A stretch of 64,000 nucleotides of DNA from Dimorphilus gyrociliatus (Eukaryota > Animalia > Annelida): the NCBI GenBank assembly GCA_904063045.1, contig CAJFCJ010000024.1, positions 186,001-250,000 on the forward strand, read 5' to 3'. Below, one piece after another: positions 23,037 through 35,840 of this stretch. Position numbers and translations under genes: made by a program. A model generated the notes under the pieces. That model had not been told where the DNA came from. It worked only from the letters and a program-made list of their open reading frames with translations, and searched no databases. How positions within the stretch are numbered: the first letter of the stretch is position 1; every line of letters starts with the position of its first letter.

Positions 23037-24039
23037 TTTGAATGTCGTTCGACTGTCAATCGTCAAGTGCAAAGTGAACACAAAGCTCCATAGCAAAAAT
23101 TTTCTTCCTTAATATAAAAAAAAATAGCTTTTTTCAATTGATTAAATAAGATTGTCTATGAATATTGTATAATAATATTAATCATGGTCCGTTCCCCTAT
23201 TATATGCTTCGAAATAGATATGCTATTAAAATATTTAATGAATTCACTTTATAACTGAGGAAGATAAGAGAAAGAGAGATAGAAGAGAGACAGCTGATTA
23301 AATAACTTCCAATTTCAACATCATAATATTCGATTTGTAATAAATGCTATTTTACATTTTAAAATTTGGTCTAAATGTAGAAAATTATTATAACGGAGCA
23401 TAAATATTAAAATATTTTAGCTATTCTTAATCAAATATAGTACAGAGAGTATTTATGGATTGTATTGAATGAAGACATATTACAATGAAGTTTTAGTGAA
23501 GCATTTACTTCAATTCTATGCTTCACCGGAATACGTGAGATATTTGTCTATTTTCTATGTGACCTATACTCCTTATCTCAGATCTGAAAGAAGAGCCTAT
23601 TATAATTGTAAAAGTAACTTTTCTAAGCTGCTTAAAGGACTATCTACAGATGAAAATGAATGAAACAATGGTTAATTACTCTACTTTAAATAGCTATACT
23701 AATGCATATATATATATAAATGTATATGTGATTGTAGAATATTTTCTTAATATATTAGTACGGCTAATATTTATCTGTCAATAGTCTTTGTTAACAAAAA
23801 AAAAGAGAAACACCCAATAGAGGGGTTCAAGATAATTTACTTCTCAATCCTTTCCTACTCTAGCAGAGAATCTTTTAAAACGAACATACAATAGAAACGA
23901 ACACGAAATAGAAAAATATGTAAATAAATGAAATATTTATATCTCTCTTTCTTTCTTTCTCTGTTTATGTAAATACATTGTAAATCAGAAGGAAAATAAA
24001 TAAGTATATATAGGCAAAATGAGTTTTAAAGATGCTTCA

Positions 24040-25371
24040 TTAAAGCATACAATCAGAGTCGACAACTAACGACGGTACTTTATAAATACCGCTATTTTTA
24101 ATATCTTCTAACATTTTTGGAACAATACAAATAACATATTCATTTTTCCGAAAACAATTCAAGTTGAGATAATTAAATGTATCAATAATATCATCTCTTA
24201 AAATTCCAGTAACCTTTACAAGTTCATCTATGCTTATAATTCCTCTATAATCTTCAATTATACTCATTAATTTCCATATCCAAAAACTTCTATAAGTCTT
24301 CTTACCCAAATCTGATATAGGTATTTCAGGTGTTCCTTGTTTTCCTTCAAGTTTAGTCAGTTCATAACTCAAGCCAATTAGAAATTTTCCATATCCATTT
24401 TTTTGATAGTGCGGTAAGATAACTATGCAGGCGACGTTATAGTCATCATCTGATTTCTTTTCCTTGCTAAAGTAGCCAATTAAATGTGCTCCTTGCCGAT
24501 CGACTTTGGTCAAAACATAAAAAACGAATGGGCCAATGTCAAAGAATACTGTCTTGTGATCGATGAATAATTTACAAAATAACGAGAGCAATTGACAATA
24601 TAATTTCTGAAAATGTTAGAAATATCATAAATAAATAATTAATAAGAAATTGACATATTTTACCTGTTCAGCTCCATCTATTTCGTAAACTTCTAATTGA
24701 TTTTTTTTATATATCTTTTTACCAGGTGGATGTCTAACGGCGCACTCTCCTTTATGATATCTATATGTTTTTTCCATTTCCATGTATTTTAAACAAAATT
24801 CACATATATATAACTTTTTACATCGACCAAAATTATTTGGATACGGTGAAAAATACCAAGTATCCATTTCTATTTTACCAAATTGAACTTGTTCAATATA
24901 TTTTATCATCGTCAGGTTTTCACGTTCCTTTTCAGCATCATCTTCAATATTTTCAGATTCTTCCTTTTGAATACTTTCTTGGAGATTAGTTTCCTCGTGC
25001 TTCCTCTTCATATTACGAGTTATCTTACGGCCTTCGCTTGTAGCTGGAGATTCGGGTTCTATTTTTAAATGATAAGATAAAAAATAAAGAAATTTCTTAT
25101 GTAAATATTAAAATAGACCTTCATTCTTTGGATTGTTAACTGAATTCTTTATTCGATCCGCCGTAACCCACTCATCTAATCGTCTATCCAGGCCTTCGTA
25201 ATGAATATAGTACTCTTCTATACCAGCGTTTAGACGGCGTTCTACTATACATCCTACCTGCGTTCCATCCTTTTCAATATTATAGTATGTACCAACTTGG
25301 AGATCTTGAGATGAAATTGACTTTGATCTTTGTTTTTTTAGATTTGACGCCGATTCATTTGTGGATGGCAT
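24040..25371 (-). CDS. KAT8: MYST-family histone acetyltransferase, KAT8/MOF-like, 3 coding exons
   Basis: Tudor-knot chromodomain (YYIHYEGLDRRLDEWV), RKITRNMKRKHEE, C2HC zinc finger (LYICEFCLKY...HKGEC), LFIDHKT, VACI, QKNGYGKFLI and PEIPISDLG. Confidence 0.88.
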
Positions 25372-25559
25372 TCCGATTTGCTAGGATAATAGAGAAAAAA
25401 AATACAAGAGCGATAAATGAGGTAAAAATTTTGGGGACTGCTAAACTGTGGTAGGCAACATTATCTAAACAATAACAAAAACTCTGGGAGATTTAGAAAA
25501 TATTTCGATAGCCTAGGTAATTAAGGTATGTTTATATATAAGTCTATATGAATTAGTAC

Positions 25560-25598
<39 letters not shown>

Positions 25599-26796
25599 AA
25601 TGAAATACACAAAATACCGTATAAAAATAATGTTTATCATTCAAATTTAAACATGCCTTTTATGTAAAAATCTGTTATAGTGCTCAATTGTATATCAGAG
25701 TAGTACGTGTTATTGTTTATACTATATTGAATGGGGAAGTCCCTCTGCACAGTATAACAATAATAATAACAATAATAAAGATAAATGAATAAACTTTAGA
25801 GGAGAAGAATAGTTTACTTATAATTTGAGAAATTTATTAAATTTTTCATATCATCTAACAAAAAAGATATAGTTAATTCTTGAATCAATATCTGTTTATG
25901 GATAAATATATTACATGGACCAATTATGTATAATTGTTTCGATGATAGGTAGTGAATAATGATGTACAAAAATATAAATATAGTATCTTTGAATATAGCC
26001 AGTCCAGTATTTGAAAACAATGATCCGTGTTTAGTGCGACCAATTTCAGTTCGAATTGTTAAAAGGTTTTAAACAAGTGAAGTTGTGTGACTCATAAGGT
26101 TTTTTATTTATCGTTGAATAGCCTTATTTTCGAGATAAATTACTATTACGATATAAAGGATATTGTTTTGTTTAAATTCCTCAAAACAAACTTTATTAGT
26201 TGGATTGAAATTAATTCACAGGTAAATTGAATTTTCCCCATTTATGATTGAAAATCATCTGATCTCATATTTTATCTATATCGTCGACACCTAATCGCCT
26301 TTTGTTTCAATCGTTACATACAATGTATTATTAATGCTAACATATTGTTTATAAGTCGTAATAGAGCTCATCCTAGCCTAATAGTATTCGTATCATTCTG
26401 TTTTACAATTATAGGGTGGATGCGGAAGGTAAAAACTATGAAAGGTTACTAATTTACAGTGGAATTATTTATTATTTAATTAGCAGCTCTATTTCATTTA
26501 ATCCACAGCTATGATTGTTAAAAAAAACCCTCTTGCAGATAGATATCTGTCATATAAAATCAGTATGAAAGAATATATATTGAAATATATAAATGTAAAG
26601 ACAGAAACTTACGAAGATAATTTCTTTTGTTTTCGTTATCATGTTGCTGTATCGGTTCATACATTTTAACATAATACTATCACAATAATTAAATAATTAG
26701 CAATATTTTCTCTTTTTTAGACCTAAGATATCTTCTAGTCAGTTCTCTTTTTATGAAACTTTGCGAAGTAATTAAACTGGACAAACTACTTTAACA

Positions 26797-29700
26797 ATGC
26801 TTAAGCAAAATGATCTCAGCGAACCCAACGAAGTAAATAATAACTCCTCCACAAAATTGGATAAACCTCCTCTAAAACCAAAACCAAAGATTACAAGATC
26901 TCCTGCGACAGATATTAAAGAAACAACTTTTTCTAACGATGTGTTCACCGAAATAAAACCGCGGATTGACAGCTATTCGTCAAGTAAGTTTTAGACTTAT
27001 ATATATAAATATATATATATACATTTGCTTAACGTTTATTTGAGTAATTTAAACTACTGAGTACTTAAATAAACAGGTAATAAAGTCAATTACCTGGATA
27101 TTAGGACTGTAACAATGTTAACAAATTTAATTTTATTTGCTTTAACTTTTACATCTACTATTTCGATTATCGTTCAAGTTTTCCTTCATAAATTCTTTAT
27201 ATTCAACTAAATTCCTTTTTATAAAAAATAAGAAATATAATTTTCATGATAATCAGACATCAGAATGAACACGATTGTCCTTTTTTTTTATTTTTTTAGC
27301 CTATTCTCTGATATTTTCTATATAGCAGTTCTTACTTAGTCATACACCATTTCCTAATTATAGTTTTACATAGGTATATAGTTGTTTATAGCCAAATTGA
27401 CCTGGATTATTTATTCAATACTTTCTATTGGATATTTACACATGTCATAATATAAATTTTCCCAATAAAACCACCAGAATTGAGTATTGGAAAGGACCCA
27501 CCCTCTGGAATTCTCGCGAGTGATATGGGCTGTGTTTTTGGAGTTAATAGACAATTAAATGACGATGACGAAAATAACGAAAGTAGCGATAGCAAAGACG
27601 ACTCTCTGCTGGATGATTCTACCGCACCCACCCTTCCAAAACCTGGTCTCGTTAAAGACAGAATTAGGATATTTGGAGCATGCGAAGCAAAAGCAAATTC
27701 ATATAATTCAAAATTACATGTACCAAATACCCTTCAAAAACCAGCAGAATTAACTTTAAGAAGAAAGTCAGACTCAAATAATGATCCTATGAAGAGATTA
27801 TCAACAAATTCATCATCATCCGGTAACAGTAGTTTTTCATATAGAATCTACGAAGATATGGAAGAAGAATTTCCAAATGATTCTGAACGTGAAGACGCTG
27901 AAAAAAGATCTAAAAAAGAGTACCGATGTCATTCACTTAGAATGGAGTTATTAGAAACAGAAAAAACTATGTTTAGGAGATACGACTATTTGATTAAAGT
28001 AATATATAATTACTAATTACTATGCATTGTTAAGCAATAACTAGCTACTTTTTTTTAATTACTTATTTTTAGAAATTACCCGAAAAATGGGAAAATTATC
28101 GGGAAAAACACAACATCTCACCAATCGAGGGTTTTGAAGAGCGTTTATTAAAATTTTTAGAAACTTTGTACCTTTGCAGCGAAACTCTAATTGCAGATTT
28201 AGAAAAGAGAATGCAATCAGAATGGTAAACTCTATCCTTAATCAAATTAAACTCCAAAGATGAAATATCCTTACTTCTTTCAGGAAGAAAAAACCATATA
28301 TATTAGATGTTATACTCAATATAGGACCTTACCTAAAATGTTATACGCCTTACCTAGCAAAGTGTGTATTATTTTCTCATTATCTCTCTCTCCCTCTATC
28401 CAGATTTCTTTTCTATTTACGACTACTAATAAACAAATTTGCAGATGGGAAGCTGAAGTTTCCCCACTAGCCCATCTGAAAAAAGAAAATCAACACTTTT
28501 GTAAATTTGCAGATATGAGAGACGTAAGTTTCCTAAATATAACTTTCTAGATTCCAAACGAATCAGTAGTGATTCGTTTAAAAAGCATATTTTGAATATA
28601 AATAACTTAAATATCAAACCAACAGCTGGAAGTGAGAGAATTAAATTTAGGTTTTAACTTAGAAGAAGTATTTAAAGCGCCAACGTTTCGTTTAATGAAA
28701 TATCCAATTTTACTGGAAAGTATGAAACTATTTTTGTTTATCTTATTGAAATATTTACTACTTTCCTTATTTAAAAAGTATAAGATACTAAAAGTTTTAT
28801 AATTATCATTTAGACTATAAATCCTATTTGGAACCTCATATGGAAGATTACAATTATATAGATACGGCTATTAGAATAACGAAGGCAGCTGCTGAACATT
28901 CCAATATCACGTTAGGAGCTCGCGTATGTTAAACTATCATAATTGAATTTTCTTATTAATTATTTAATATGCCTTTTATATAGAATGATTATAAAGAGTG
29001 TCTAAAATGGCAAAGACAAATCATTGACTATGATAAAATACCGGAAAAATTAAGGGTTTATATCTATTAATATTTTATAATACTATATAATATACTGTTC
29101 ATACAATATATATATTATATATAGTACTATAATTTAATAATGGAATATTTAAAACATTTTTTATGTTATTTATAGAAATTCGTTCATTTTGGCCAAGTTA
29201 AGAAATTTTGTAGAAGTGTAAAGCAAGACAGATACTTGCTGTTGGTGTGTATTTATATATTAATCATAATTTTGAGCAATCATCTATTTATAGATTTAAT
29301 CTTAATAGTTTTCGGATGTCCTATTGGTATTAAGAGAAATTATAACGGGACAATATAAGTGTCCACAATATTTTGACTGGACGGTTGATGGGGTTGGAAA
29401 AATCGATTTTGAACTAAAGGACAATCCTTTGGCTTTTACTATTGCAAGTAAAAAATTAGCGATGAAGTTTGAGGCTTTGTAAATATATTGTTCTACTTAA
29501 TTTATTAATTTCCGTTAGTTTACTTTCGTTTTTACATCAGAGATGAGCAATCGTTTAATTGTTGGAGAGAAAAGTTGCAAAAAGTATTAGACACAGATGA
29601 TAGACATCAGGGAGATGAAGGAGAAACTGAGGAACCTAAAGTATATTTTTTTAAAAAGAATTTTAGCTGAACCAAATTATTTATACTTCTTATTTACTTT

Positions 29701-31186
29701 CAACAGCCTTGGATAAATGATCAAGAAGTTACAAAATGCCAAGCATGCAGTAAAAAGTTCAAAATAATCAACAGGAGACATCATTGCAGGAGATGTGGGA
29801 AGGTTAAACTTCTTTTTTATTAGTTTAATGAAAATTTTTACTGTAACAACGCCCAACCCCGCCCACAACTCACTTCCTATACAGTATATCAATGAATGTA
29901 TACACTGTATAATAAGGACAAAGAACAAATAGTTTCATACTTTATTTTGTGTTATTATAAAGTTGTCATATTATTGTTAGTTAATTATTGATGCATTAGG
30001 TCTTTCGTTTAACTACGAAATGAGCAAACAATATGAATAATCGTAATTTGAGAAAAAATTACTTTTTATTCTACCTTTTATGATTAATATTAATGAATTT
30101 AACAATATTTAATCCATTAGATTTTCTGTGGTGCTTGCTCGGATGGTTCAGCTCCTTTAGATGATGATAAATATAAGGGAAAGATAAAAAGAGTTTGCTA
30201 TGTTTGCTATGCCATTTTATTAGGTAAATATGAAATATAATTAAAGATTTTTAATATACTAAAATATTAGTAGTTATCTTTATTTATGCTAATACGTGAA
30301 TATCTGTATTGTGCAATTATTCTCATTTTAAGGCGAACATGAAAAGAAGTATAGAGAATTAAGATCTCTAGCGAATAGCCCAGGAATTAGTAAGTTATTA
30401 TTTGAAATCATCAATTCTTTATATTCTTTATATCGATTTTTTAAGACATGGGCGAAATTCAAAGAATATATCAATCTATAATTAATAAGTTTAAGAGACC
30501 ATCTATAATCATCGATTACGAAACTGCATTACAAAAATTGAAAGATCAAGAGGTTTGTTAAATTTTGATTATTTTATATTTTACTACTTGAACAAGTATT
30601 TAATAAATTTCTATAACTTATTATTTTATAGAAAGCTGCCATATCGAGAGAATGTGATAAATCAAGTTTCTTATTCTATCGAAGAGGTGTTAATAATACA
30701 AAATGGGAGAAAAAATGGGTTGTTTTAATTGATGAAGTTTTGTATCTTTATGGAGCACCACAAGATTCAAAGGCAGAAGAAACTATTCCACTACTAAGTT
30801 GGAAACTTAATTTCACGGTAGCTCAATCATATTTGACAGTGTTCGTTAAGAAATTTTCTTAATTTATAAATTTTTTCTCCTAATCTAGCCAAGGTCTGAA
30901 GAAAGTCAATATTCAGGAGCAACAAGGCCAAGAAAGGGTTCCGTTGCAAAGGATTTAGCTAGTCATTTTAATTCCGTAAGGAGTACTTTTTAAAAATTAC
31001 TATTCCTTCCTACATATAAAGATATTTCTATTTTGATTCTAGAATTTTTCCACGATGGACTCTCGCACTGAATTTTCGTTATTTCATAAAAATGTACCAG
31101 CTATAAACTTGAAAGCTGATCAATCTATAGCTGAGGAATGGATTACTAAAATTCAAGATGTTTTATCGAAATATGATCCTGCTTAA
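26797..31186 (+). CDS. FGD: FGD-type RhoGEF (DH-PH-FYVE-PH), multi-exon
   Basis: DH helices (ELLETEK; PTFRLMKYPILLE), a PH segment, FYVE (WINDQEVTKCQAC...RRHHCRRCGK...CGACS...RVCYVC) and a second PH ending EEWITKIQDVLSKYDPA*. In-frame stop upstream of the ATG at 26797. Confidence 0.85.
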
Positions 31187-32390
31187 AAAGCTTTAATTTA
31201 TCCTATACAAGTTTAATTATCAAATTTATTCATAAAAAAAGATAGATAATTAGAAGACGACAACAGGAAAATATTTACTCTTATAACAATTTAATGACAT
31301 ATATATATATACATAACTATTTGACTTTATATTCTTTCATCACCTCCCTCCCTTCCCGTCTCTCTGTTTTTCTATCATACACATGTTGTATTTATTTTTC
31401 TCTATCGTTCTTTTTGTCTTTTGTTTTAAAGAACTTTTTAATGAATTAAATATGTCATTCTCCCTTCTCTTTTTTTTAATAAGGGACGTAATTTCTGTCT
31501 TTTTTTAAATGAAATAATATACTGTATTGTTAGTTTTTATTTTATTGACAAGAGACAGTAGACATAGTCATAAAAACTAATTTAACTTTTGTTTGTTTGT
31601 GATCTGTTTTTTTTGCATGAACGAGTTAAAAAAAATACAAAGCTTTTAACTATTATATTATTTTAAATATACAGTACAAATACATCATTTAAGAATAATA
31701 TTCGAGTAAGATTTATTTATTTACTTTTTATTTGAGTCTAGATAAGGAACGTCAACAGGATTTCCATTTTATCCAGTTTTTATGTCCCATGAGAAGTGAA
31801 CTTTTAATATTTAATACTGTGATTATTGAGATTATTAACATGTCGATATATCTGGCTACTTTTTATAAATAAAAAAAAGATAGAGGGATTCGCTGGGTGG
31901 AGAGAAAAGGAAACTTTCAAAAGCTTAATTCGATAGCTGGAGTATTTACCTTTCGTTTAAAATAATAATAAAAATTACTAACAAGTATGTCAAGACGAGT
32001 AAAGAACAACAAATTTGTTTTCATTTGCTTGTTGGGCACCTGTTGCTCTAAATTTGGTTTTATAATGTTTAATTTTTCCACTGGAACAATATGATTAACA
32101 TAAAGACTAGTAAACCATAATATCTAACAATAAAACAAATTAATAGCACAGAGAAAATAAGGCAGCAATTCGCTAACTTGATCAATCGGACCCCTAGAGG
32201 CGTACAGCGACCCTGCACCAAGATATCTCTACTGCAACCGGATTGGTGGCGCCAATAATAACACTACTGCAAAAGAGAGAGAGAGGGAAGATAGGAAGGA
32301 ATAGTTAAACTAAAGAGAGGAAGTGGAAGATAGATAAATAACTCTAGAGTAATATAACGTCTCCTCTTTTCTATCTACTAGATACAAACA

Positions 32391-32963
32391 ATGTCACCCT
32401 GGATTAGACGATTATCGGCAATAGTTGGTCATGATGTAGATTGTAATTTATTAATGGTAGGATTACCAAATTCTGGAAAAACAACTTTAATGAAACAGTT
32501 AAAGCCGCGAAATAAGAATTTGGATATAATTCAACCGCCAATAGAGAATGAATGTTCAACTTTATCTGGATTTTGGTTTGATCGCGTGTCTATTAAGGCT
32601 TTTAATTTGTGTACAAGTATAACTTCGCATATTGGATGCGCATGGGAAGAATTGTACCTTACTTCAAACGCTTTTATATTTACAATAAACTCAGCAGATC
32701 GTCTTACAATGCATTTGAATGGCGAATACTTACAAAAGGTCATATCAAAGGTTAAAGAGAACAGGCCTATATTAATCCTAGTAACCAAATACGATTACGG
32801 CGATGAAATGAATGATCTTCAAATATTAAATAGCTTAAATATACCAAGATTTATGGGTCCTAGAAGATGGAGATGCGTAACCGTAGACTTAACAACAGGC
32901 GAAGGTTTAAACGATGCCTTTGATTGGTTAGCCAACGAAATACGTAAAGTTACTTTTAATTAA
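32391..32963 (+). CDS. Degenerate ARF/ARL-like small GTPase, intronless
   Basis: 190-aa ORF: LLMVGLPNSGKTT (G1), AFIFTINSAD, PILILVTKYD (G4-like) and TTGEGLNDAFDWL (ARF C-terminal signature). No Gly2. Confidence 0.85.
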   Translation: MSPWIRRLSAIVGHDVDCNLLMVGLPNSGKTTLMKQLKPRNKNLDIIQPPIENECSTLSGFWFDRVSIKAFNLCTSITSHIGCAWEELYLTSNAFIFTINSADRLTMHLNGEYLQKVISKVKENRPILILVTKYDYGDEMNDLQILNSLNIPRFMGPRRWRCVTVDLTTGEGLNDAFDWLANEIRKVTFN

Positions 32964-33864
32964 TAATAATATGAAACCCTTGAATTAATATAACCCAAAT
33001 TACTATAAATTATGGAAGTAGAGGGAAATCAGAAATCTTTCTTCTAAAAGTTGTAAACTCCCTGAGTGTTTCTTATCTCATAATTGCCTTATTCGTTCAT
33101 CATCTATACAAAAGCCTATTTTTTTACTAAATAAAATAAACTAAAGAATAGAAAATACAATAAAAAATAGAAAAAGACAAATAGTCTCTTTCTTGGGTAA
33201 TAATTCTTGATTAGTTTGTAATGAATTTGTATTTATAATACCAGTAAAAAGAATACTTTAATCGATGATAAATAGAGCTCTATTTTCTTCGTGCTATGTT
33301 ATCTATAGAGGAAATATAACTATATTAACTTAACGCAAACGCAAACCTATATTTATATTTGTATTTATATTTACATTTATATGTATACCTTTCATTCATG
33401 GCGATAATAAACGCTCTCCTCCATCAATCTTACCGCTTAAGTAATCTGCATTGGAAATTTGGTTAATGTTTCACCAGACGTTCCACTTGTCAGTAACGTC
33501 TCGTTTGTCACACAAACACACACAAAAAAAAGAAAATCAAACAGAAGAGAAGAATTTCCGTCCTCTAAACAGGTTTGAATAGATAATACCATTTTTGACT
33601 ATTTACTGAGTATACACATCAATGGTGGCGCATATGTTTTTTCTTATAGTTGATTTACTTTGTACTATCTCTTTTGTTTGGTTTCTGATTTTATAGTACT
33701 TAATAAAATCAAGTTATATATATTATAATATTAATATAAAGATACATTGTAAATATCCTTGTTGTCTCTTTATTTTTTTGAAAAGATATACATGTTTCAC
33801 TTTTGCATTATCTTTTATATTATTACGTAATAAACCAAATAAATGAATAAGAATCGTAAATTAT

Positions 33865-35257
33865 TTAAGAGAAAGTCTGTAAGCAAGGGGGTAAGAGTCC
33901 AACTGAAACCATTCTACAACTTTCCTCCCATAACTTCCTAGCCATATTTTCATCTTTTGATATTGTTGTCTGTAATTCTGTTACCTCACAATTATCGTAA
34001 TAAAGACCAGTTTCGTTGCCAGCTTCTTCGTCGACTGCGCAATGAATTTGAGTTTGAGCTCCAGTTTTACAATCGATTGCTGTAAATCTTTATAAATCAA
34101 AAAGATGTTATAAAACAACAGATTAAGAGGACATTCGATATATCTATTTAAGCGGAATCTAACCTCTTGACGCATTCGAAAATTGCAACTAGCAACGCAT
34201 TATGATTGTCTTCCATACCTTGAAAGATACCAGTGTCAACCATTCCTGGATGTAGGGAGTACGTGTTAATCCTGTACTCTCTTAGCAGTCTTGATAAGTG
34301 TCTCATATGTAATATCATAGCCAATTTACTGGTTTCGTAAGTTTTTAGGAATGGATATCTTATATCGGATTGATCCCGAGGAGTAAAATCTAAAGTTTTA
34401 GCTCTGCTATACATCATTGATGATACTGAAACTATTCTGCCATAATTTGATTTAACAATCAATTCTAGTAGTAGATAGTTAAGTAAAAAGTGACCAACAT
34501 AATTTATTCCAAATATATAATGAAATTTATCCTTAGTAATAGATGGTCCAAAAGCGGCACCAGCATTATTAACAATAATGTCTAAGTGATCTTCAGTACT
34601 AAGAATTTCTCGAGCGCATTCTCGAACACTTTTTAAATCAGATAAATCTAATTTGACCACTCGGATATCATCATTTTCTGATAGTTTTATTAGCTCTTGC
34701 TTTACCGTTTCCGCGTTTGCAAGGTTTCTACAGTATAAAAATAGGGAATACAATCAATTTTAAATTAATTTGCAACAGAAAAGATCAAGGTAATAAAATC
34801 ACTATTAGGAATTTTATATGTATCTTAATAGGTACATAAATATATACCTTATATACTTTATATGTAAAACGAAATATTTATGGTTTATATACAAATAGAT
34901 AATAGACCTTGAGACAAATTCCCACTTAGTTTAATCTGTTTTAACTACTGACCTAACAGCTCTAAATTCCATGATTTTAAAAGTATTCAAGAGGGGAATA
35001 AAATTGTTGTATTACCTACAAGCCAAGATAACCTTCGCGCCTCGTTGAGCAAAGTCCAAAGCCGTTTCTTTGCCTATTCCATTATTTCCTCCTGTGATAA
35101 TTGCTGTTATGCCATTCAACTGCCTTGAACTTTCGCAGAATTTTCTATTTCCAAGCTTATTCAATTTACTTGCGTATAAAATTATACTAATCAAGAAAAT
35201 TAGAATTAAAGCAAGTATGCTTGCTACAACGATAGCAACGATAACGCCCGGATTCAT
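33865..35257 (-). CDS. Retinol dehydrogenase 11/12/14-like short-chain dehydrogenase/reductase, 4 exons
   Basis: N-terminal TM anchor, TGGNNGIG cofactor motif, NNAG, YETSK catalytic YxxxK, HPGMVDT, GAQTQIHCA and ARKLWEES. Confidence 0.9.
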
Positions 35258-35332
35258 GATAAAATGAAGCAATTCGCTATCAGAAAACTGATATTGAAAT
35301 AGCCAAAAAAAAAAGGTTATTTAATAAAGCGC

Positions 35333-35346
35333 AGCGCCATCTAGAT
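35333..35346 (-). promoter_or_regulatory. CTCF-like motif ATCTAGATGGCGCT at the RDH promoter
   Basis: CTAGATGGCGCT core, about 75 bp from the RDH ATG. Confidence 0.55.
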
Positions 35347-35840
35347 TATAGTACATTGACGTATCCCGGTAACAAATTTCAGGCGAAACGACAGTAGTTA
35401 TGGTTCTTATTTAAAAGAAAATGCAACCAAATTAAAAGAAACTTTTACATGAAGGAAAGAAGATGTCAACCTCTCTCTTACGTCATAGGTAACGACTGAA
35501 AATGTTAATAGCCTAAATATTTCGGCTACGTTTAGGTTTATTTTTTATATTTATTAAGTAAATATTTAAATTGATATTTATACATCTTCATATACTCATT
35601 TCTATTATTGTATTTACCTGTCAGATATGCTGTGGGAGATATGTGAATGTTTCATGTAGACTTTTATTAAAGTATTACGAAAGTGAGAAAGAAATCTTTA
35701 AATTTGTAGTACCTTACGAAATATTTAATTATTATACTTTTAGATATAGATAGAGCGATAAAAAACTTATTTATTAAAATACAGAGCAAGTCTTCTCCTT
35801 TAAGAAATTTCCTTAAATAAGAAGCAATGACAATGATTAG

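Noticed and set aside
15509-25371. Operon-like run of six same-strand genes
   Set aside because: Spacers of 0.5-1 kb and separate promoter motifs; three genes are tandem duplicates; no trans-splicing evidence is visible.
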